From contig OX597819.1 in NCBI GenBank assembly GCA_951406725.2, positions 108,810,001-108,874,000 of the forward strand: 64,000 bases of DNA. Reading direction: 5' to 3'. Source of the stretch: Octopus vulgaris. Lineage: Eukaryota. A program made the position numbers and the translations under genes. Within the stretch, counting starts at the first letter, position 1, and each line of letters begins with the position of its first letter. The notes beneath the pieces were generated by a model. That model was not told where the DNA came from. It searched no databases and saw nothing but the letters and a program-made list of their open reading frames with translations. Positions 13,307 to 27,578 of this stretch are shown here, piece after piece.

Positions 13307-16300
13307 CTGAAAAAAAAAAAAAAAATTAAAATTTTAAATTGTACACAGCTTTTATATACCAAATGTCAGATTTAATGACATACTGCCACTATTTCCATTG
13401 CAATTAATTACTGCCAAATTTTATATTTATACCCAGTTATGTACACTCTCAAAAGCATTAAGTGTGCATGCAAGGACATCACATCACATTAGACACAAAG
13501 CTACATATTTATGTAAGATTTGCTTTACCATATAACATTGGAGCTGTGATGCATACCTATACTTTTCCGAAAGTCATTACAAAGTTGATTGAAGCAGTTC
13601 CATAAGAGAACTATTATATTGATCATTAAGAAACATTAAGCTTCGTAAATTCTAAAAATTAAACGAAGCTTCATTTAGTTTAATTAAATCATTATCAAAA
13701 ATATGAATCTTTTATCCATGACAAATTATTTTAAGAATGAAACAACTGCAACACATCACACTTTGCAGTAAAGTGTTTAACATACCCTCAATTTAGTAGT
13801 TACAAAAAACTTTACATCATCTCATAATGAAGATATAACTACTTTAATATAATCAGTATTACAAAGTTACTTAAAAATTAAATCACACACAGCAAATACA
13901 CAAAAATGTTTAACATTCATCAGGAGGATCACATTACAAATATAAGAAAAATATTTGGCAAATATATTTTGAGAAAATACTACAAAGTATATATTTCATG
14001 ATAAAAAACCCATTTATTTTTAAATATTTTACAAAAATGCAACAAGTTCATAAAATGAAGCAAACGAATGTCTCAACACAGGTCATATAATAAATGTAGT
14101 CAAGATCAATATTTAATGAAGCCATCAAGTTATAACATGAAACCTCTTCATATATTATTAGGTGACATGACTATTTACACAATCAGACAGAACAAAAAAA
14201 AAAAACCAAAAAAAAACCACTCAGATAAAACTGAATTCTTTCCCTTAATGTTTCATGTTTTAAATGAGACTTAGAATACATAAAATTTCACAATTAATTT
14301 AGTACTTCAGAAATAATTTCACATAAAAAAGAAAAGTTGAGCAGAAAAATAAATACCAACTATTTAAGTTACAAGCTGACCTAATCAGCCTATTCTATAT
14401 ATTTACAGAAGCCTGTCAAAAATAGGGCCAAATTAACCATGATTCATAGGTAAATTCCATCAAGCTAAACATTATGCAGTCTCTGACATGGCTGTGCCAG
14501 CCTACTTTTTTCTAAGTTCAAATTCCAAATAAAAATGCTAGTGTTTTTTTTTTTAATTCAAAACATCGATGCTTAATTAAAAGTTAGAGCAGGTTGTAAA
14601 ATTTTATAATTATGGAAGTGAAACTACACTTCAAGGTCAACCCTTCATGGTAATATGTTGAGAATAATTAACATAAAACTATATTTTGTAGAATGTAAGA
14701 TTATTTTTCAAGAGAAAATTTAAACTAATATTAATTTATAGCACGAGCAAACAAGACATGATCAATTTAACAAAGCAACTTAAGAATTCTTTATAACCGA
14801 AGCTGGAATGCAATTTTTTCTAAAATTCTAAGCACCTATATATGTAACTCAGATTCCACAAATTTATATTTTATTCAAGACTCCCAATGAAAGAAAACCA
14901 CACACACACACACGCATTCTATATAAAACAAGGTATTTGTTATATTCAAGGCAGAAATATATGTTCTTGTTCTAATTCACAGCAACATAAATTAAGCTTT
15001 ATCATGTTTTAAATTTAGATGGCCAAACATAATTCAATATCTACAAAATGATTTGTTTTCTTCTCTCAGTTTAACATATAACCACATTGTCTCTCAAAGC
15101 AGTCTCTATAATACCAACAATGGAACGTCTGAGTAAAAGCTAAGCTATAATGTGTATGTTAACTAAACAGTTAGATGTTGAACATGATCAGAGAAATGTT
15201 AATTCTATCTCCTCTTATTACTCTCTAAATAAACTCATATATGCAAAAGCTGAATCACGATAAAAAGCAACCCCCGCCATAGCTGTGTGTCTATAATTTA
15301 ATGACATAACTAAATACTATAGTTAGTCCACAACTTCGATCATGTCATAATGAGTGATTTAATAAAAGAATTTTTCTAAACCTTGCCAGTAAGATTAATT
15401 AAATATTATAAACCAAAAGATAATGAACGAACTCTATATAAAGTGTACACTTCATGGTTGGTTACCCGTACAATCGAGTTTAATCTTAAAATTTCTCTTC
15501 AGCCAACAGAACCAAGTGAAATACTTATCTTAAGAACATGAGTAATCATATAGCAAATTTCCCAAGACGCCTAATATGCAAATATACCGTTTGACACTAT
15601 ATCAATCTCAAAAATGGTGTTATGAAGAAGAGGTTGGTTTGAGCATGGTTAATAGCTCTAGTTTCGCCCATGTTCTTTAAACAGATTCCAGTACGCTCAA
15701 ACAGCAAGACAATTTATAACATTGTTCGGAATGTGCCCCCCCTCCCTCTTCACATTCCACAGTGACTTCAGTTTGCAGTAGGAAGTTGTTTCGAATAGAT
15801 TATATCACCAGTCGCAGTTTAACATTAATGTATGTAGTAATATCAATAAAAATGTGAAATTAGAGGGGAGGGGGAAACAATTACTGATTGAAATTGTCAA
15901 CATAAGCAGTTGTAATAAGTTACATCTCATTTTGGCATTTCATTTAGAAATAATAAAACGGAAAAGTTATGGTTAAGTGGGAAAATCTTCCTCTTAAGAT
16001 TACATTATCTTGTAAGTTTTGCTTCTTTTTTAAATTCAAAAACCTAAGCAAAGTTCCTAAGTACACCCTCAAATTAAACGATTTTTTGGTTCGTAAATCG
16101 TTAAAAAGTAACGATGAAAAAATGTCGTTAAAAGCCTTTGTTTTTGAATGTTTTTGGTGGATAGGGTTAATACCCAACGATCAAAATGTTTAAGGGGCGC
16201 CCCAACTGTCAACAAAGAGTTGGAAATGATTCGAGAGTTTTGTTTCTTTATACAGGAACTGAAGACGACTTAAAACCAACTTAATACGTGTTATAGACCT

Positions 16301-18330
16301 ATCTTTTGGGTCTACATCATGTAGTTAAACTAAAGCTTTTTTTTTTATTAAATAAATTTATCAAAAAAGGTTTGGACCTAAAATGAGTTAGAACATTTAT
16401 AAAAAATCTCAATTTCTCGGTAAAATAATAAACGCAACTAAAATCCAGCCGTTTACATCTACATGTCACGATTGTGATTACAAACGAAGTGACCATTTTT
16501 AAAACCATATACAGCACTTTTTCTTTTCTTTTTGCGTTTTAGATAAACGTCTCAATGAATATATTCCATCCTTTAAATTTAGGAGAAAAGTACGGAATTT
16601 ATGAACTATATGCAAAACACTAAGGGAGGCGGCGTTAAGTAAGAAAAAAGTATAAATTTTAAATGAATTTTATTTAAATAAGTCTTTAAGTGAATTAATA
16701 GGGGGCAAAATCCCTCAAATCAGTAAAAATGTAGCTAGAGGATTTGATGCCTTCTAGCAACGAAGGTATTTATTAGTTTACGTATCTGGAAGTGACCTCA
16801 GGAATCAATTTGGGAAATATTCAGAAATTACTGAATCCATTTCCTGATCACATTTCAATAAATTTTGAAAATAAGAAAGATTTTGTAAAATAACTTGCTA
16901 TTATTAATCTGGCTTTTGGAACATTACAATATGACAGTAGGTTTAAATTTATATACGAACACTTTAAAATAGATGGTTTTGTGAGTCGGGCGAGTTAGTT
17001 ACCGAAAGGATTAATTAATCATACATAAATGATAGCGTCTCAGTTTTGAAGGAGGGAAGATGCGAAGCTGCAGGGGAGAAGAACGGTCGGCTGAATCACC
17101 CGGGAGAAATGCGAGGGTAAGTCGACCCAAACGAGATTTGAACTCAGAACGCAGTCCGACGATCTACCGTTTCTGCCATTCCACCGCCATTTTAAATTAT
17201 AATAATGATAATTGTTTTGTTACATCGTTGAAGCGCAGTGTCCATATCAGCCCATATTTTAAGGCCTCCACAGACATATTTGGTTTGAATAGATAACGCT
17301 TTTTCAAATTTAGAACAAGAGTTTGCATGTTTTCCAAGAGAGAGATTGAATAATTAAATCTTGACAAGCTTCTCGAGTGGACCTTATAAAGAAAATAAGT
17401 ATTGCCCACATGATTAGCTAGTTTTACAACAGAAGCAAGAAACTGTCATAGAGAAGAGACTAAATAAAACTACTACTACTGTTTCTTTCCACTCCAGCCA
17501 GCCATTTTTTTTTTCTCTCGAAGGTTCAGGAGGAAGAGAGAGACACAAAGATTGTGAAACGATGTTTCAGCAGTGCCGAGAACAGTTTCCATCCTAAAGA
17601 CATATTTCTTCTGTAATTAGAACCCGCCTACATTGCTATTGTGTGACGCGAGGGAGAAGTGATGGGGAAAAAATAGGAGATATAATGTATAAGATATGAA
17701 AACGAATTCTACATTTTATCAGTGTTATCGTGGTCGTTACGACCCCCTCTCTTGCCTAAGATGTTGAGAGTAATAATGTGGCGGTGATATATCAATGATT
17801 CCACTGACAATAGTCAAACTGCTACTAGTTGCAGCAGTGTAATAGTAGCTGCACCACTAGTAGCTACTGTACCAAACCGTGAAGAGAGCAGGTACATTAA
17901 CACACATTTAATATAATATTAACGCAGATATAGGACTTCAGAGCGACTTGTATAGCAACTATTTTATACGGGAGATTGTCATTAAATAGAACTTGTAATT
18001 TTAAGAAAAATAATGAAGGTTTAGTTATATTGAAGTGATCACATCAATTTCAACACCAGCTTTTTTCCTCCCTTTTTCTTACTATCAACTTAACGAGTCG
18101 TGTTGACTACATTTAGATTCAAATAACAAAGACAATGAAACATTTAGTTTACTTTTTTTTTTATTATTTGCTCGAATTCCACAGCACAATAATAATTGTT
18201 TCTGGGTAGAAGACGTGCAATCTGGGGGAAGGTTAGTTGATTACATCTACCCCAGTTCTTGACTGGTATTTATTTATCAACTCCAGAGTGATAAAGACCT
18301 CGGCAGGATTTGGACTGGAAACATCTAGGT

Positions 18331-18481
18331 CAGTGGTTCCCAACCTGGGTTCCGCAATGGTAGAACTAAATTTAGAATTTCAATACACACCGATACAAAA
18401 TACATAAGGATGATGATGATAAGTATATTACAAGGGGTCCGTGGGAAAACTCATTTTAATTAAAAGGGTCGGGAACCACTG
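18331..18481. mobile_element. hAT (Charlie-type) MITE in 14-3-3 intron 1
   Basis: TIRs CAGTGGTTCCCAACC / GGTCGGGAACCACTG; 8-bp TSD ATCTAGGT / GTCTAGGT. Confidence 0.85.
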
Positions 18482-20108
18482 GTCTAGGTCAATACTACTA
18501 CTGCTATCTATGTTAGGTCACATATAGCAGCAGAAAGAGGTGGGGTAGCTGACTTACTTAAACTGATCCTCAGTACACGATTGATGCTTATTTTAACAAA
18601 CCCAGCAGAGTTTGATCACAATGGAGGGTGGGGGTGTCATAGAAAAAGCTAAAGACCATTAAACAATTACTTCAAAATTGTTTTTTTTTGGTCACGCTGC
18701 AACAATAATTATGATAATGATTTCTACCACAAGCATACACGCACACAGGTCTTCACAGACATGTCTTCTCCTAGCGTGTTGGACGATCAAAAGTCTGATG
18801 TCAGGAAGGGCATCCGGTCATACATTAAAAATTCCCGTCAATCTATGCCAGCATGTAGAAACGATAAGGATATTGAAATATGAATACAGTCAATCATATC
18901 CGACACAAGTATATTATTGGTACTTGTAAGTTACCCTCGCCCACCTCCCAGAGGAATGAAAGCAAACTGGATTCAGCGTAATCGAACAACAATACTGAAT
19001 GACTAAATTCCGCTGAAGAGTATCGGAAGCAACGAGACGATCTGGACAATAGAAGACCATTACATTACGTAGCACATTTTCATAATTGCTCACATTTAAT
19101 GGAAGCCTTTCAAGTAAACACCAATGTAATAGTAAGAGCTATTTCTATCATAGCACACTTCAAATTCAGTAAGGTGGGGGCAATCAATTTAATGAACCCC
19201 TAATAGGATTTATTCTATAGAATCTGATGATAATACCATGGGATACCACATTATCGTACAAGAAACTAGCAATTTTTGAAAGACCATTCGTAAAGACTAA
19301 CATGTGATCTCGCAAAATGATTGAGAGAAGGTGGTTATATATAAATATATAATACTACACAGAGAAATGGAGGGGAGGAGGAAGAAGCAACAACTGTTAA
19401 ACAGACATAACAGCATCATTTCTTTGAACACAGTTGTGGTGATGATGATGATGATAGTAAGTAATTGTAGTAGTTTCAGTTTAATCACGAAAATTATTCT
19501 TTTAAATTTTCGTTCAGTCGACAGTTGATGACAGCATGAAGGGGGGGAGGTAGAGAGAGACGCAGACAAATTATGGCACAATAGTGAAAGAGACGAGATT
19601 ATATAGATGGATGATGGGCTGAAACAAAAACTCTATAGAAAAATAAAATAAAAGAGGAAATAAATGGAGAAATGAGAGGAAAAACCGGACAGCAGCAGCG
19701 TTTCGTGGTGCAATCAAGTTCCAGGAATAAAGACAATAAGTCTTTTAATGATGAGAACAAACACTGCTATGAAAGTCTTAATTTCAACCCAACTGAAGCC
19801 ACTAACCCAAGTAACAGCACAAAGACAATCGCTGATCATGTCATATAAAATGAGTGAAATAAAAACAAAATACAAGAATACTGGGAGTTTCTGTATTTCA
19901 AACGGGGAAGGCTATTTTAATTTTGAGAGGTAAAAAGAGAAAGTATATTATAATGACGCATGGGGTAGATCAAGACAAACAGCAGGATATGACTAGAGTC
20001 TAGTTAGGTGCAAGGCATATAAAAAAAAATACAGGAATTTAAAGGAAGGTTGAGCGAGTGTCTATGACTATACACACAGACACGGGAAACAAACCATCCG
20101 CAGTTATG

Positions 20109-20145
<37 letters not shown>

Positions 20146-21632
20146 GCAAATGTAAATATATATTGGTAAAATGACAGCCATATATATAAATGAAGTCCCA
20201 ATCGGGCAATCGTTATTCTTTTATTTAAGTGCTTTAAAATATTAATTTAACATTATTTCATTATAGGGGAGAGGGGACATATTTAGAAATATATACATAA
20301 ACAAATGGAACAAAACGAAGAAGAATCGCAATCGATCGACATGCTAGAAATGACAGCTGAAATCTCCAATCACACTCCACAATCTAGAATGCTTTTGATC
20401 ATAGGTGTGCCAAACCAGAGCTGACCTGTGGATTAACACCGACAATGGAGCAAAAACATTTAAAATCAAAATGTCACAAAAGGGGGAACATGGACTGATG
20501 AACAAATTATATGGAAAATATAAATTAATTAGCTCGATTGAAAAGGAATCCAAAAGGTACATTTACATATATTTAAGAGAGAGAAACAACGATAGGATAG
20601 TGGGAATTATTCATTTTAGAAATATTTATTGAAGTGTGTGGTATGTGAGTTATATTGGCATAAAGGAAGGAGAGAAAGCAAAATGGTATATATGATAGCA
20701 GTAAGAGACAAAAAGAGACATGTAACCAAAGCTAAAGCAGAAATACCATCACACATAGACACACCAAACGTACATAACATTAGCGGCTGACATTTGCTTT
20801 AAAACAACCCCCTCTTTGTTAGAGTAAAAGAGAGAGACATGTTTCCAATTCAAGCAAAAAGCATGGGGACAAGACGCTATACCGACATACCAAAGCAAGG
20901 AAACCATTGTAAAAGACTCTGGGTTTTTAGGTTTTTCTTAATTTATTTTAGCTACAAAATGAATCGACAGATTAAATAAAACGAAAAATCTTTTTTATAA
21001 CGAAATTTCTATTTTCCTTTTTAATCGATCATCAGCTGCATTAAACATAAGAAAGAAAGGTGGTGGGAATGTTATTTTCACGCAGAAAATATTCCCCGTT
21101 TGAAAAAAATGGGAACAGAAATCAATAAGAAGATATATACATCGTAATATCACTACACGCATACACAGACACACGCACGCACGTAAAAGAAAGATTAAGA
21201 GGAAGAAAGAGTAACAAATCTGAGAGAGAGAGTGAGAGAAAGACGCTCCCCCTACACATCTAGAACGAGAGACGCTCTCACAGACCCACGCGCACCATCT
21301 TACAAGAGTAGGCGGTTACAAACGGTTGACAAAATCATACACATACTAAAAGCAGGCATTTACTTATATATCTATCTATACATATATACATATATATATA
21401 TACACCATAAATGCTAGCTTCATCCATCTATCGCTATCTACACATAATAGCGCCAGCGTTGTAATTAACATGACAGAAGTGGAAGAAGCTAGTGAAATGG
21501 TGGTGGGGAGAAAGCCTGCCATTAACACTCCATATACTATAAGAAGACTACGACAAACTAATATCAAAATTAAATCGGCCAAGAACGAGTAAAGTAGAAA
21601 AAAATCCTGTTTGAACACTACATACATTTATA

Positions 21633-21666
<34 letters not shown>

Positions 21667-23462
21667 GATAGATAGATAGATATAGTACCATGGTCCCTGT
21701 GAGTCATAGCTATCATATACAACATGGCGGGCCATACAACTGATGGAGTTATCTCTGGCTTCAGCTTAGCTTCTACATTACATTTCTCATTAAAACACCT
21801 ATGCAAATAAAATTATATACACACACATATATAAACACACTCACACTAACAAATACAATATATATATATATAAATCGATATCAATCTATAAATCGCTCTT
21901 TCATATATATACATATATATTATATATACATATATATTATATATATATATATATATACATACACACACGTTATCTTTCAAAATATATACCTAGACATCAC
22001 CGAAACTGTTTTAAATTCATAATAAGCAATGAAATCCAAGCAAGAATTCTTGTTTCTACATCGACATTTTAGATTTTTTTAAAAATTATAAACGTATGAA
22101 CATTAAAAAAAAAAAAAACGATTCCCATTATTCAATAAATATATAGTAAAACTGATCACCGCCTCTTTCTAAATGCTTATACATCTAACCCACCTTAATT
22201 CATATACATCAATTAATAAATTCTCATATATATATATATATATACACACACACGGAATATCTGTCGATCCCATATCTAAGACACGAATTTCTCATCTTTT
22301 TAGAAAAGATAAGATTCCTAAGGAAACAAGAACAATTTTTTTAGCCAGTTATTTCAATGAAATATGTCTCGTCTACACAGGAAGCATGGTACCTCAAATT
22401 TAATAATTCAAATACACACATATATATATATAGATATATATATATATACACATATAATCACCGACACAGACAAGGAAGAAACGAGGAGGGCGTGATGTTC
22501 ATTCACGTCTTTCAGAAAGTGTCATCAAGGCGTATAGACAGAGGTCTGTTGGTTAGTGTAGACTCACATACATAGAACTATAATGTATATATGAAATATA
22601 CTTCTAATGTAAATGGAATTAAACACAAACAAGACAGATATCGAGTGATTTAAAAAAAAATTAAAGCATCTCTTTTCTTTCTGTAGAATCTACAAAGGAA
22701 TTACTTTGGTAATATATAATAACCAACACTTTTTCTTAAGTTTAGGTTCAATTTATTTGAACTACATTTTGTAGATCAAATAAATTTTGTAGATATATAT
22801 ATATCTATATATATATATATAATACATACACACACACACACGAAGTGATAGATGACTCAGTGGTGGACAAAGAGGGGGAAGTGATATATAATTTCTATGT
22901 ATGTTTAAAGTAGAAACCGCTTATTATAATTAAATGAAGTTATGAAAAGGTTACTGTTATAAAAAAAAAATTAGCGGGTCTCAAGCACGATCAGGACCCT
23001 CTGCCATTCGGTTATTGTTATCTTAAAGAACTCTTGTTACAAAGCGATCACAATAAGCAGTTTCCACTGAATATATGAAGTAAAAATGAGGCTACTTCTA
23101 TATATATATATATATACATATATGAAGATAGATATGAGAGAAAGTAATATAATATATATTCTAATGTTCTGACAGAATATCAGTGAATATATATTATATA
23201 CACAGAAATGGGTGTTTAGTGAAATATATAAGATGTAATAGACACATACAGAAAGATTTATATAAAGATCATGGTTATATATATATAGAGATATATGAAA
23301 GACTGAAATATAGAGAGAATTAGATCGTGAGAAACGGAATACTTAGACATTTAGAGAGGGAGTGAGAGTTCAACTGCTCTCAATTTTACAGTCATCCATA
23401 TTAAAAACTGAAATTATGTATTTTCTTTTTTTGTTATGTTGAGACAAAAGAAATTTAAATAC

Positions 23463-23526
23463 CGTCATATCTTTCAGCCTGTTCAGCCAATTTGGCCTTG
23501 TAAACCATTTGCTCCCTATCCGACAT
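23463..23526 (-). CDS. YWHAE: 14-3-3 protein epsilon, coding exon 1 (MSDREQMVYKAKLAEQAERYD, 64 nt)
   Basis: Manual translation of the minus strand from ATG at 23526 gives the canonical 14-3-3 N-terminus (YKAKLAEQAERYD). GT donor at 23462-23461, phase 1, which joins exon 2 to give GAA (E). Confidence 0.96.
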
Positions 23527-23689
23527 TTCTGATGATTGAAAGAAGACGACGATTTAGAGTGATTAAAGAGTGAATCACAAACTGCTACAGAAATTTCAAC
23601 TATTGCTGGGAGGCCAGCCGGACAGAAAAAAATAGTTCCTCCTGTCTTAACGATAGCGGGCCTACAGTGTATTCCTACGCAATATATTT

Positions 23690-24050
23690 CGTTGCTAACT
23701 CTCGCGAATTCTCGTTGCAGCGTTAACAATCTAGGTCAGATGAAAATTTCTTGTTTCTCTCCTCTCTTTCCTCCGTGCCTCTCTTTCGCTTTCACTCGTT
23801 TTCTCTTCTCCCTCTTCACACGTTAGATGACTGTATAAGAGGCTAACGAGAGGCGAAGGGAGAGAAAGCAGAGACGACGTCACTAGTAGTAGAACAACCG
23901 TAGCAGGAGGTAGGAGATGAGTAGCAGCAGCAAGGCAACAAGAGATGAGAAGTAGGAATAAGAGTAAGAAGGAAGGGGAATTGGTTGGTTAGAATGAGGA
24001 GTTGGAGAGAGTTGCAGTAACAGTAGTAGACTGACGCAAGTGTAAAAAAA
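23690..24050 (-). promoter_or_regulatory. Putative 14-3-3 epsilon proximal promoter / TSS region
   Basis: CpG-retaining region immediately upstream of exon 1. TCTCGCGA element at ~23700, CRE-like GACGTCA at ~23876 and TGACGCAA at ~24032, plus a purine/pyrimidine-biased tract. Confidence 0.5.
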
Positions 24051-25424
24051 AAAACTTACGCATTATTGACAGTGTGTATATATTATACATACACACTATG
24101 ACTATAGTTTACACAGTTAAAATGTGATATACATACACACTACTGCTTGTACATTCACACACAGTTGTATTTATTGTGTAATATGTATACACACATACAC
24201 AGATGTTTCTGGTATATACAGCTATATATATATATATGCCAAAATCATATGTATATGTGTGTGTTTATCAACGCATATATGTGTAAATTGTTAAGTGTAG
24301 TTAGCTGTAAGGGTGGGGAGAGAAGGAATGACAATTGAAGGCGAAGGAGAGGTGAGTAAAAATGTAGGAGTGGTGACGGCGAAAACGGAAACAGGAAAGA
24401 GGAACGAAGCTTAGGATAACAGAATGGATAGAATAAAGGAGAAGAGAGGCGTGAGGCAGAGGAAGAAGGAAAGACGGGAGAGAATAACAGATATAATAAT
24501 AATTATAATGCACAAAATGTCTAAGAAAGAGATAGCACCAACAAACTATAGGGAAATAGACATAGAGGGTAGATGACTTATAGATAACGGGGGTATGTAT
24601 GTGTGTGTGTGTATATATATTATATTATATTATATATATATATATATATATATGGTTTGTGTGTTCTTAGTAGCTGGGAATATTTAAGGAGACTTGTAGT
24701 TTCAGTCAGGAACCTTTAGGTCATTAAGTAACTCGTAATCACGGTTACTAATTATTAAACACATGTAGGTATATATACAATTTCGAGATATAACTGATAC
24801 AGAACGCAGAACTATTGTAGCAAATTTGATATATCACGACTTCGAGCTCGAAACCCTATCGTTACCGACTTAGTTTTTAATATTACCAGGCTTCAGAAAG
24901 AATTAGAAACGGGGAAATGTGAACAAGTCCATTCAACCGACTCTTTGAGTAGTAATTACATACAGATTTTACCTTGTTTCTTAGTCAAACATAAATTTAG
25001 GTATAGGTAGGTACAAAATGAATACTGACAACTGAAGTCAATATTTTGCTATCATATTATATACCCACAGAAAAAGAAAATGTGATCACTTTTTAAATAT
25101 GCATGGTTAAGGTGCGCAAATCGACTTAATTGATCACGTTTTCTTAACTTTCATTGTCAGCATTTAACCTGGAGTCTTAAGACAAAATCATGCAGAAAAT
25201 CATGATTCTTTACCAGTTCGCTATGTATAGATTTAGTTGTCTAGCTTTGCCCCCCTCCTCACACACACATACTCTTGCATGCATGCATGCATACATACGT
25301 ACGTAAATACATACATGCATACATAAATGCATGTAGAATAAAGAAGTTATCATATATGCAATTTAATATACTCTTATGACACCAGCCACTGAGTTATTTC
25401 TCTCGGCTCATTTTTGTTTTACGT

Positions 25425-25680
25425 CCGTGCCGGTAGCACGTAAAAAGCACCATCCGAACGGGGCCGATACCAGTGCCGCTTTGACTGGCTTCCGTGCCGG
25501 TGGCACGTAAAAAGCACTCGCTACACTCTCGGAGTGGTTGGCGTTGGGAAGGGGATCCAGCTGTAGAAACACTACTAGATCAGATTGGAGCCTGGTACAG
25601 CCTCCTAGCTTCCCAAACCCCAGTCGAACCGTTCAATCTATGCCAGCATGGAAAACGGACGTTAAACGATGATAATGACA
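25425..25680 (+). mobile_element. Repeat family D (GTGCCGGTGGCACGTAAAAAGCAC units, GGAAGGGCATCCAGC motif, (GAT)n tail), SINE-like
   Basis: Two internal GTGCCGGT.GCACGTAAAAAGCAC units and tail CCAGCATGGAAAACGGACGTTAAACGATGAT. Related copies lie near 1690, 28000, 42430, 43960-44530, 46920, 48080 and 53250. Confidence 0.75.
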
Positions 25681-25889
25681 TATATATCAAAAATACATAC
25701 ATATGCATAATATATGTTTATAAATACATATATATAAAATCATCGTTTAATGTCTACTTTTCCATGCTTGTATGGGTCAGATGGAATTTGTTGAGGCAGT
25801 TTTTCTATGGCCAGATGCCCTTCTTGTAATCAATTCTCACTTATTTCCAAGCAAGGTAATATTTCCCTTTGCTCAGACATGATTCTTAT

Positions 25890-26120
25890 TTCTTTATTGC
25901 CCACAAGGGGCTAAACATAGAGGGGACAAACAAGGACAGACAAATGGATTAAGTCGATTACATCGACTCCAGTGCATAATTGGTACTTAATTTATCGACC
26001 CCCGAGAGGATGAAAGGCAAAGTCAACTTCGGCGGAATTTGAACTCAGAACATAATGGCAAACGAAATGCTGCTAAGCATTTCGCCTGGCGTGCTAATGT
26101 TTCTGCCAGCTTGCCGCCTT
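25890..26120 (-). mobile_element. SINE family A, full length
   Basis: High similarity to the copy at 61965-62177, including the CCCACAAGGGGCTAAACATAGAGGGGACAAACAAGGAC tail. Confidence 0.85.
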
Positions 26121-26719
26121 ACCAGACATGTTTCTCACAGAAGAACTGGTGACAAAACATTGTCTGTAAAGGAGATACATCACTACCCCAGCTGGAACAG
26201 GAAAGAAAATGATGGTGGTGAGAAGTCAGCATGTACCCTCAAAGTACAAGAGGGTGAATGTGAGGAGGATGGGGACAGAGGAACAGGTGAGGAAGACAGA
26301 GACAGAAGATCAGGCAAGTTTGTGAGAGTGTGAGGTGAGTAACAGAAGGGTAGAGATAGGGAATATAGGTACAGTGAACGGCAAGCAGGGAAGGAGGCAT
26401 GGTCAGTGGTGAGAATCAGTTTGAGGAAGGTGAAGGAAATAGGAGTGGGTCCAGGAAGAGGAGGTGATACACATACTCACACACAAATGTTTCAGTAACA
26501 TAGCAGTTTATTTGCACTTAATGTATTACACCATTATTATACATGCTAAATTGCCAACTATATCATTAGGCATTTTCAAACTATGGAAAGGCAAAAATCA
26601 ATCTGCAATCAATCTAGAAGCTATGGAATTAACAATTATGATAATTAATAACAAAGATACAAACCAATTGTTATATATGTATATGAATAGAGGTAGGAAG
26701 TAATGAAATCAAGGAGATA

Positions 26720-27310
26720 AAGGTGTATGTTTACTTAGGGCACACAGTATATAAGGACCAAAATATGGATGCTGAAATCACAAAGAGGATAAGGGCAAGA
26801 TGGAAGGCATTTAACTTTAATAAAGGATGCGCTCCAAACAAAGCAAGACAATGTCATACATGTCAGATTCTTCAATAGCACTATCCTGCCTACACTTTTA
26901 TATGCAAGTGAGATTTGGGCTACTACAAAGAGGACAGTAGTACATTGACTGGTTACAAAGCAAAGGGCCATGGAAAAATCCATGATAGGAATATGACTAA
27001 GAGAGCACGTTCGAAATGAGATAATTTGAGAATGGAATGGAGTGAATGATGTGATTGCAGAGTATGGAAAGCACAAGTTCTGCTGGGTCAGACCTGTTGC
27101 AAGATTCACAGATAACAGGTGGACCCATGTAATTACTGCATGGTATCCAAGAGATCAGAAAAAAGCACTTGGAAGGTTTCCACAACAATAGGAAGATGAT
27201 TTGGTCAAATAATTTGGGTCAAGTTGGTAAAGAATAGCACAACCAAGACAAAATTGGAACCACATTGTGACAAGTGATGTGTAACAGCTTCTGATGGCCT
27301 GTTCAATACT
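26720..27310 (+). mobile_element. RTE-clade LINE 3' fragment (decayed)
   Basis: Translation with stops gives EITKRIRARWKAF, FNSTILPTLLYASEIW, QRAMEKSMIG, ARFTDNRWT..ITAWYPRDQK, which are typical RTE C-terminal motifs. Confidence 0.8.
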
Positions 27311-27517
27311 GTGATATATATATATATATACACACACATATATATATATATTGATAAAAATGGTAAAAAAAACAAAGAATGGAAGAGACCTCGATATTAT
27401 GTAAATAGAGGAATTTATCTGTAAATGTAATATGTGACAATTATTCGGTAGCCATGATAAAACTCTGAGTTTCGGATGCCAGGGTGGAAATTTTCATAGC
27501 ATTTTTTCCAATGGCCA

Positions 27518-27578
27518 GATAACTGAAGAGATCGCGGAGTGGATTTCCACCCCAGCATCCAAAACTCGGAGTTTTATC
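27518..27578 (+). ncRNA. Hammerhead ribozyme motif (decayed) inside an inverted repeat
   Basis: GATAA CTGAAGA GAT...CATCC AAAAC TCGGA GTT TTATC. The inverted arm at 27421-27491 keeps CATCCGAAAC, which restores the GAAA box. Confidence 0.65.

Noticed and set aside
19224-19270. CTGATGATAAT...ATTATCGTAC hammerhead-like motif
   Set aside because: No GAAA box follows the helix and there is no helix I pairing.
17480-21730. YY1-like motifs and short ATG frames in intron 1 as possible alternative first exons
   Set aside because: The frames stop within a few codons and I found no convincing phase-compatible donor; the motif hits could be chance.
23370-23729. 119-aa minus-strand ORF overlapping exon 1
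   Set aside because: It starts at a non-ATG codon, is out of frame with the real 14-3-3 exon and shows no recognisable domain.
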